A DNA stretch of 60,000 nucleotides from Laetmonice hystrix (taxonomy: Eukaryota): the NCBI GenBank assembly GCA_965235115.1, contig OZ249436.1, forward strand, positions 9,550,001-9,610,000, in the 5' to 3' direction. The notes under the pieces were generated by a model. The model saw only the letters and a program-made list of their open reading frames with translations. It made no database searches and was not told the DNA's origin. This document shows, one piece after another, positions 1-9,500 of this stretch. A program made the position numbers and the translations under genes. The stretch's first letter is position 1, and each line of letters opens with the position of its first letter.

Positions 1-531
1 CGTTTATCTATAGCGAACGTACGAGACCTATAGAGGTGACAGTTATACATCTGGCCTAACAATCATAATTTTTGGGGCGTAATTTCAATTTGACGTATCA
101 AAAATGAAGCCATTTTTCGCTTATCATTGTCTCTCCCCTAAGCGCCATAGGTGCCTGCCAGCCCGGCCAGGTATAAGGTGGTGATTACACGGGTAGCCGG
201 AAGATGGCAGTGCAGTCAGAGGGAGGCCGCTTCAGTACTGCACTCTGGTGTTTGCTTCCAACCTCTCTGTCATCTGTTTCTACTTGGGGATGGGATATCT
301 GATATAGAAAGGCGAATAACGTCATTTGCCAGTGTTAATTAAACCTTTACGGCAAACATCCACTGGGTCTACCATACAACGTTGTCGGACGCTTACAGGT
401 GGTGAGTAGGGGACACCGATTACATGGGGGTAAATGATGGACGAAACGGATGGCCTGCCTCCTGGACAATAAAGGCATGGAAACATGAAACATGAGGCGT
501 CCCTATATTACTGGCCACAGTTGTCTAAAAG

Positions 532-763
532 CAAACAGGACAGTGAGCCCCAAGAGTACAGGGAGGCCAAACAGTACAGTGAGGAGTCCCTACAAGGTAC
601 TGCTTTGCCTAATACCCAAGCAAACACTACAGTGAGGCCGAACAGTACAGTGAGGCCAAATAGCATACTGTCAGGCCAAGCACTACGAGAGGCCAATCAG
701 CACTCTGGGAAGTCTCTACATCTTATCGGCTGGCCTACTACCCATGCAAACAGTTCATTGAGG
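532..763. repeat. Intra-monomer degenerate minisatellite, ~18-bp unit GAGGCCAAACAGTACAGT, present in every monomer
   Basis: Units read CAAACAGGACAGT, GAGCCCCAAGAGTACAGG, GAGGCCAAACAGTACAGT, GAGGCCGAACAGTACAGT, GAGGCCAAATAGCATACTGT, CAGGCCAAGCACTACGA, GAGGCCAATCAGCACTCT. Confidence 0.9.
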
Positions 764-2694
764 TAGTGGTAATGAAAGATATAGGAGAGGGGCATCTAAT
801 GTTAAAATTTGGAGAAGATACTCAAATGGCAAGTAGACATATCACAACCGTTTATCTATAGCGAACGTACGAGACCTATAGAGGTGACAGTTATACATCT
901 GGTCTAACAATCATAATTTTGGGGGCGTAATTTCAATTTGACGTATCAAAAATGAAGCCATTTTTCGCTTATCATTGTCTCTCCCCTAAGCGCCATAGGT
1001 GCCTGCCAGCCCGGCCACGTATAAGGTGGTGATTACATGGGTAGCCGGAAGATGGCAGTGCAGTCAGAGCGAGGCCGCTTCAGTACTGCACTCTGGTGTT
1101 TGCTTCCAACCTCTCTGTCATCTGTTTCTATTTGGGGATGGGATATCTGATATAGAAAGGCGAATAACGTCATTTGCCATTCTTAATTAAACCTTTACGG
1201 CAAACATCCACTGGGTCTACCATACAACGTTGTCGGACGCTTACAGGTGGTCAGTAGGTGACACAGATTACATTGGGGTAAATGATGGACGAAACGGATG
1301 GCCTGCCTCCTGGACCATAAAGGCATGGAAACATGAAACATGAGGCGGCCCTATATTACTGGCCACAGTTGTATAGAAGCAAACAGGACAGTGAGCCCCA
1401 AGAGTACAGGGAGGCCAAACAGTACAGTGAGGAGTCCCTACAAGGTACTGCTTTGCCTAATACCCAAGCAAACACTACAGTGAGGCCGAACAGTACAGTG
1501 AGGCCAAATAGTATACTGTGAGGCCAAGCACTACGAGAGGCCAATCAATACTCTGGGAAGTCTCTACATCTTATCGGCTAGCCTACCACCCATGCAAACA
1601 GTTCAGTGAGGTAGTGGAAATGAAAGATATAGGCGAGGGGCATCTAATGTTAAAATTTGGAGAAGATAATCAAATGGCAAGTAGACATATCACAACCGTT
1701 TATCTATAGCGAACGTACGAGACCTATAGAGGTGACAGTTATACATCTGGTCTAACAATCATAATTTTGGGGGCGTAATTTCAATTTGACGTATCAAAAA
1801 TGAAGCCATTTTTCGCTTATCATTGTCTCTCCCCTAAGCCCCATAGGTGCCTGCCAGCCCGGCCACGTATAAGGTGGTGATTACATGGGTAGCCGGAAGA
1901 TGGCAGTGCAGTCAGAGCGAGGCCGCTTCAGTACTGCACTCTGGTGTTTGCTTCCAACCTCTCTGTCATCTGTTTCTATTTGGGGATGGGATATCTGATA
2001 TAGAAAGGCGAATAACGTCATTTGCCAGTGTTAATTAAACCTTTAGGCAAACATCCACTGAGTCTACCATACAACGTTGTCGGACGCTTACAGGTGGTCA
2101 GCAGGGGACACAGATTACATGGGGGTAAATGATGGACGAAACGGATGGCCTGCCTCCTGGACAATAAAGGCATGGAAACATGAAACATGAGGCGTCCCTA
2201 TATTACTGGCTACAGTTGTATAGAAGCAAACAGTACAGTGATGCCTAAGAGTACAGGGAGGCTAAACAGTACAGTGAAGAATCCCTACAAGGTCCTGCAT
2301 TGCCTAATACCCAAGCAAACACTACAGTGAGGCCGAACAGTACAGTGAGGCCAAATAGTATACTGTGAGGCCAAGCACTACGAGAGGCCAATCAGTACTC
2401 TGGGAAGTCTCTACATCTTATCGGCTGGCCTACCACCCATGCAAACAGTTCAGTGAGGTAGTGGAAATAAAAGATATAGGAGAGGGGCATCTAAATGTTA
2501 AAATTTGGAGAAGATACTCAAATGGCAAGTAGACATATCACAACCGTTTATCTATAGCGAACGTACGAGACCTATAGAGGTGACAGTTATACATCTGGCC
2601 TAACAATCATAATTTTGGGGGCGTAATTTCAATTTGACGTATCAAAAATGAAGCCATTTTTCGCTTATCATTGTCTCTCCCCTAAGCGCCATAG

Positions 2695-3515
2695 GTGCCT
2701 GCCAGCCCAATCAGGTATAAGGTGCTGATTACATGGGTAGCCGGAAGATGGCAGTGCAGTCAGAGGGAGGCCGCTTCAGTACTGCACTCTGGTGTTTGCT
2801 TCCAACCTCTCTGTCATCTGTTTCTACTTGGGGATGGGATATCTGATATAGAAAGGCGAATAACGTCATTTGCCATTCTTAATTAAACCTTTACGGCAAA
2901 CATCCACTGGGTCTACCATACAACGTTGTCGGACGCTTACAGGTGGTCAGTAGGGGACACAGATTACATGGGGGTAAATGATGGACGAAACGGATGGCCT
3001 GCCTCCTGGACAATAAAGGCATGGAAACATGAAACATGAGGCGTCCCTATATTACTGTCCACAGTTGTATAGAAGCAAACAGGACAGTGAGCCCCAAGAG
3101 TACAGGGAGGTCAAACAGTACAGTGAAGAGTCCCTACAAGGTACTGCCTTGCCTAATACCCAAGCAAACACTACAGTGAGGCCGAACGAGGCCAAGCACT
3201 ACGAGAGGCCAATCAGCACTCTGGGAAGTCTCTACATCTTATCGGCTGGCCTACTACCCATGCAAACAGTTCAGTGAGGTAGTGGAAATGAAAGATATAG
3301 GAGAGGGGCATCTAAATGTTAAAATTTGGAGAAGATACTCAAATGGCAACTAGACATATCACAACCGTTTATCTATAGCGAACGTACGAGACCTATAGAG
3401 GTGACAGTTATACATCTGGCCTAACAATCATAATTTTTGGGGCGTAATTTCAATTTGACGTATCAAAAATGAAGCCATTTTTCGCTTATCATTGTCTCTC
3501 CCCTAAGCGCCATAG
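2695..3515. repeat. Short (821-bp) D-type monomer; 14 monomers carry this deletion
   Basis: GGCCGAAC^GAGGCCAAG junction at 3187/3188 lacks AGTACAGTGAGGCCAAATAGTATACTGT. The 821-bp units start at 2695, 5211, 8575, 11940, 15305, 18672, 22886, 26251, 30466, 35529, 38895, 43958, 49021 and 54930. Confidence 0.95.
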
Positions 3516-6500
3516 GTGCCTGCCAGCCCGGCCAGGTATAAGGTGGTGATTACACGGGTAGCCGGAAGATGGCAGTGCAGTCAGAGGGAGGCCGCTTCAG
3601 TACTGCACTCTGGTGTTTGCTTCCAACCTCTCTGTCATCTGTTTCTACTTGGGGATGGGATATCTGATATAGAAAGGCGAATAACGTCATTTGCCAGTGT
3701 TAATTAAACCTTTACGGCAAACATCCACTGGGTCTACCATACAACGTTGTCGGACGCTTACAGGTGGTGAGTAGGGGACACCGATTACATGGGGGTAAAT
3801 GATGGACGAAACGGATGGCCTGCCTCCTGGACAATAAAGGCATGGAAACATGAAACATGAGGCGTCCCTATATTACTGGCCACAGTTGTCTAAAAGCAAA
3901 CAGGACAGTGAGCCCCAAGAGTACAGGGAGGCCAAACAGTACAGTGAGGAGTCCCTACAAGGTACTGCTTTGCCTAATACCCAAGCAAACACTACAGTGA
4001 GGCCGAACAGTACAGTGAGGCCAAATAGCATACTGTCAGGCCAAGCACTACGAGAGGCCAATCAGCACTCTGGGAAGTCTCTACATCTTATCGGCTGGCC
4101 TACTACCCATGCAAACAGTTCATTGAGGTAGTGGTAATGAAAGATATAGGAGAGGGGCATCTAATGTTAAAATTTGGAGAAGATACTCAAATGGCAAGTA
4201 GACATATCACAACCGTTTATCTATAGCGAACGTACGAGACCTATAGAGGTGACAGTTATACATCTGGTCTAACAATCATAATTTTGGGGGCGTAATTTCA
4301 ATTTGACGTATCAAAAATGAAGCCATTTTTCGCTTATCATTGTCTCTCCCCTAAGCGCCATAGGTGCCTGCCAGCCCGGCCACGTATAAGGTGGTGATTA
4401 CATGGGTAGCCGGAAGATGGCAGTGCAGTCAGAGCGAGGCCGCTTCAGTACTGCACTCTGGTGTTTGCTTCCAACCTCTCTGTCATCTGTTTCTATTTGG
4501 GGATGGGATATCTGATATAGAAAGGCGAATAACGTCATTTGCCAGTGTTAATTAAACCTTTAGGCAAACATCCACTGACTCTACCATACAACGTTGTCGG
4601 ACGCTTACAGGTGGTCAGCAGGGGACACAGATTACATGGGGGTAAATGATGGACGAAACGGATGGCCTGCCTCCTGGACAATAAAGGCATGGAAACATGA
4701 AACATGAGGCGTCCCTATATTACTGGCTACAGTTGTATAGAAGCAAACAGTACAGTGATGCCTAAGAGTACAGGGAGGCTAAACAGTACAGTGAGGAATC
4801 CCTACAAGGTCCTGCATTGCCTAATACCTAAGCAAACACTACAGTGAGGCCGAACAGTACAGTGAGGCCAAATAGTATACTGTGAGGCCAAGCACTACGA
4901 GAGGCCAATCAGTACTCTGGGAAGTCTCTACATCTTATCGGCTGGCCTACCACCCATGCAAACAGTTCAGTGAGGTAGTGGAAATGAAAGATATAGGCGA
5001 GGGGCATCTAATGTTAAAATTTGGAGAAGATACTCAAATGGCAAGTAGACATATCACAACCGTTTATCTATAGCGAACGTACGAGACCTATAGAGGTGAC
5101 AGTTATACATCTGGCCTAACAATCATAATTTTGGGGGCGTAATTTCAATTTGACGTATCAAAAATGAAGCCATTTTTCGCTTATCATTGTCTCTCCCCTA
5201 AGCGCCATAGGTGCCTGCCAGCCCAATCAGGTATAAGGTGCTGATTACATGGGTAGCCGGAAGATGGCAGTGCAGTCAGAGGGAGGCCGCTTCAGTACTG
5301 CACTCTGGTGTTTGCTTCCAACCTCTCTGTCATCTGTTTCTACTTGGGGATGGCATATCTGATATAGAAAGGCGAATAACGTCATTTGCCATTCTTAATT
5401 AAACCTTTACGGCAAACATCCACTGGGTCTACCATACAACGTTGTCGGACGCTTACAGGTGGTCAGTAGGGGACACAGATTACATGGGGGTAAATGATGG
5501 ACGAAACGGATGGCCTGCCTCCTGGACAATAAAGGCATGGAAACATGAAACATGAGGCGTCCCTATATTACTGTCCACAGTTGTATAGAAGCAAACAGGA
5601 CAGTGAGCCCCAAGAGTACAGGGAGGTCAAACAGTACAGTGAAGAGTCCCTACAAGGTACTGCCTTGCCTAATACCCAAGCAAACACTACAGTGAGGCCG
5701 AACGAGGCCAAGCACTACGAGAGGCCAATCAGCACTCTGGGAAGTCTCTACATCTTATCGGCTGGCCTACTACCCATGCAAACAGTTCAGTGAGGTAGTG
5801 GAAATGAAAGATATAGGAGAGGGGCATCTAAATGTTAAAATTTGGAGAAGATACTCAAATGGCAAGAAGACATATCACAACCGTTTATCTATAGCGAACG
5901 TACGAGACCTATAGAGGTGACAGTTATACATCTGGCCTAACAATCATAATTTTGGGGGCGTAATTTCAATTTGACGTATCAAAAATGAAGCCATTTTTCG
6001 CTTATCATTGTCTCTCCCCTAAGCGCCATAGGTGCCTGCCAGCCCGGCCAGGTATAAGGTGGTGATTACACGGGTAGCCGGAAGATGGCAGTGCAGTCAG
6101 AGGGAGGCCGCTTCAGTACTGCACTCTGGTGTTTGCTTCCAACCTCTCTGTCATCTGTTTCTACTTGGGGATGGGATATCTGATATAGAAAGGCGAATAA
6201 CGTCATTTGCCATTGTTAATTAAACCTTTACGGCAAACATCCACTGGGTCTACCATACAACGTTGTCGGACGCTTACAGGTGGTGAGTAGGGGACACCGA
6301 TTACATGGGGGTAAATGATGGACGAAACGGATGGCCTGCCTCCTGGACAATAAAGGCATGGAAACATGAAACATCAGGCGTCCCTATATTACTGGCCACA
6401 GTTGTCTAAAAGCAAACAGGACAGTGAGCCCCAAGAGTACAGGGAGGCCAAACAGTACAGTGAGGAGTCCCTACAAGGTACTGCTTTGCCTAATACCCAA

Positions 6501-9500
6501 GCAAACACTACAGTGAGGCCGAACAGTACAGTGAGGCCAAATACCATACTGTGAGGCCAAGCACTACGAGAGGCCAATCAATACTCTGGGAAGTCTCTAC
6601 ATCTTATCGGCTGGCCTACTACCCATGCAAACAGTTCATTGAGGTAGTGGTAATGAAAGATATAGGAGAGGGGCATCTAATGTTAAAATTTGGAGAAGAT
6701 ACTCAAATGGCAAGTAGACATATCACAACCGTTTATCTATAGCGAACGTACGAGACCTATAGAGGTGACAGTTATACATCTCGCCTAACAATCATAATTT
6801 TGGGGGCGTAATTTCAATTTGACGTATCAAAAATGAAGCCATTTTTCGCTTATCATTGTCTCTCCCCTAAGCGCCAGAGGTGCCTGCCAGCCCGGCCACG
6901 TATAAGGTGGTGATTACATGGGTAGCCGCAAGATGGCAGTGCAGTCAGAGCGAGGCCGCTTCAGTACTGCACTCTGGTGTTTGCTTCCAACCTCTCTGTC
7001 ATCTGTTTCTATTTGGGGATGGGATATCTGATATAGAAAGGCGAATAACGTCATTTGCCATTCTTAATTAAACCTTTACGGCAAACATCCACTGGGTCTA
7101 CCATACAACGTTGTCGGACGCTTACAGGTGGTCAGTAGGTGACACAGATTACATGGGGGTAAATGATGGACGAAACGGATGGCCTGCCTCCTGGACCATA
7201 AAGGCATGGAAACATGAAACATGAGGCGGCCCTATATTACTGGCCACAGTTGTATAGAAGCAAACAGGACAGTGAGCCCCAAGAGTACAGGGAGGCCAAA
7301 CAGTACAGTGAGGAGTCCCTACAAGGTACTGCTTTGCCTAATACCCAAGCAAACACTACAGTGAGGCCGAACAGTACAGTGAGGCCAAATAGTATACTGT
7401 GAGGCCAAGCACTACGAGAGGCCAATCAATACTCTGGGAAGTCTCTACATCTTATCGGCTAGCCTACCACCCATGCAAACAGTTCAGTGAGGTAGTGGAA
7501 ATGAAAGATATAGGCGAGGGGCATCTAATGTTAAAATTTGGAGAAGATAATCAAATGGCAAGTAGACATATCACAACCGTTTATCTATAGCGAACGTACG
7601 AGACCTATAGAGGTGACAGTTATACATCTGGTCTAACAATCATAATTTTGGGGGCGTAATTTCAATTTGACGTATCAAAAATGAAGCCATTTTTCGCTTA
7701 TCATTGTCTCTCCCCTAAGCGCCATAGGTGCCTGCCAGCCCGGCCACGTATAAGGTGGTGATTACATGGGTAGCCGGAAGATGGCAGTGCAGTCAGAGCG
7801 AGGCCGCTTCAGTACTGCACTCTGGTGTTTGCTTCCAACCTCTCTGTCATCTGTTTCTATTTGGGGATGGGATATCTGATATAGAAAGGCGAATAACGTC
7901 ATTTGCCAGTGTTAATTAAACCTTTAGGCAAACATCCACTGACTCTACCATACAACGTTGTCGGACGCTTACAGGTGGTCAGCAGGGGACACAGATTACA
8001 TGGGGGTAAATGATGGACGAAACGGATGGCCTGCCTCCTGGACAATAAAGGCATGGAAACATGAAACATGAGGCGTCCCTATATTACTGGCTACAGTTGT
8101 ATAGAAGCAAACAGTACAGTGATGCCTAAGAGTACAGGGAGGCTAAACAGTACAGTGAGGAATCCCTACAAGGTCCTGCATTGCCTAATACCTAAGCAAA
8201 CACTACAGTGAGGCCGAACAGTACAGTGAGGCCAAATAGTATACTGTGAGGCCAAGCACTACGAGAGGCCAATCAGTACTCTGGGAAGTCTCTACATCTT
8301 ATCGGCTGGCCTACCACCCATGCAAACAGTTCAGTGAGGTAGTGGAAATGAAAGATATAGGCGAGGGGCATCTAATGTTAAAATTTGGAGAAGATACTCA
8401 AATGGCAAGTAGACATATCACAACCGTTTATCTATAGCGAACGTACGAGACCTATAGAGGTGACAGTTATACATCTGGCCTAACAATCATAATTTTGGGG
8501 GCGTAATTTCAATTTGACGTATCAAAAATGAAGCCATTTTTCGCTTATCATTGTCTCTCCCCTAAGCGCCATAGGTGCCTGCCAGCCCAATCAGGTATAA
8601 GGTGCTGATTACATGGGTAGCCGGAAGATGGCAGTGCAGTCAGAGGGAGGCCGCTTCAGTACTGCACTCTGGTGTTTGCTTCCAACCTCTCTGTCATCTG
8701 TTTCTACTTGGGGATGGCATATCTGATATAGAAAGGCGAATAACGTCATTTGCCATTCTTAATTAAACCTTTACGGCAAACATCCACTGGGTCTACCATA
8801 CAACGTTGTCGGACGCTTACAGGTGGTCAGTAGGGGACACAGATTACATGGGGGTAAATGATGGACGAAACGGATGGCCTGCCTCCTGGACAATAAAGGC
8901 ATGGAAACATGAAACATGAGGCGTCCCTATATTACTGTCCACAGTTGTATAGAAGCAAACAGGACAGTGAGCCCCAAGAGTACAGGGAGGTCAAACAGTA
9001 CAGTGAAGAGTCCCTACAAGGTACTGCCTTGCCTAATACCCAAGCAAACACTACAGTGAGGCCGAACGAGGCCAAGCACTACGAGAGGCCAATCAGCACT
9101 CTGGGAAGTCTCTACATCTTATCGGCTGGCCTACTACCCATGCAAACAGTTCAGTGAGGTAGTGGAAATGAAAGATATAGGAGAGGGGCATCTAAATGTT
9201 AAAATTTGGAGAAGATACTCAAATGGCAAGAAGACATATCACAACCGTTTATCTATAGCGAACGTACGAGACCTATAGAGGTGACAGTTATACATCTGGC
9301 CTAACAATCATAATTTTGGGGGCGTAATTTCAATTTGACGTATCAAAAATGAAGCCATTTTTCGCTTATCATTGTCTCTCCCCTAAGCGCCATAGGTGCC
9401 TGCCAGCCCGGCCAGGTATAAGGTGGTGATTACACGGGTAGCCGGAAGATGGCAGTGCAGTCAGAGGGAGGCCGCTTCAGTACTGCACTCTGGTGTTTGC

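Larger units (their letters stand above)
151..3515. repeat. Representative 4-mer higher-order repeat A-B-C-D, 3365 bp
   Basis: A 151-998 (ACACGGG, GTGAGT, TCTAAAAG). B 999-1846 (GACCATAAA, GCGGCCC, GATAATC). C 1847-2694 (CTTTAGGC 1-bp deletion, GATGCCTAAG). D 2695-3515 (CCCAATCAGG, 28-bp deletion). The same order recurs starting at 6032, 9396, 20342, 23707, 27921 and 36350. Confidence 0.95.

Noticed and set aside
250..266. GCTTCCAAC partial similarity to the reverse-complement CENP-B box
   Set aside because: The essential TTCG and CGGG positions are missing.
151..342. 63-aa ORF (MPASP...) open in all 71 monomers
   Set aside because: It has a GTG start, no recognisable homology and almost entirely non-synonymous variants. 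Staying open is expected given the near-identity of the copies.
336..385. Short palindromes TTAATTAA and ACAACGTTGT
   Set aside because: Palindromes of this length are plausible by chance in 848 bp, and there is no supporting context.
299..450. Hammerhead-like fragments CTGATATAGAAA and ATGATGGACGAAAC
   Set aside because: They lack the intact CUGANGA core and stem II. No core was found on the minus strand either.
532..763. CRISPR-like appearance of the short GAGGCC repeats
   Set aside because: The units are contiguous and degenerate, with no unique spacers and no cas genes.
485..766. 62-93-aa ORFs on both strands (MKH..., MASRS..., MRPST...)
   Set aside because: They overlap the minisatellite and are broken by stops and frameshifts depending on monomer type. 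The repeated peptides simply mirror the 18-bp DNA unit.
1..998. 5S rRNA, tRNA, histone or U1-U6 gene tandem array
   Set aside because: I recognise no such conserved sequence on either strand. An Rfam search would be needed to exclude divergent RNAs.
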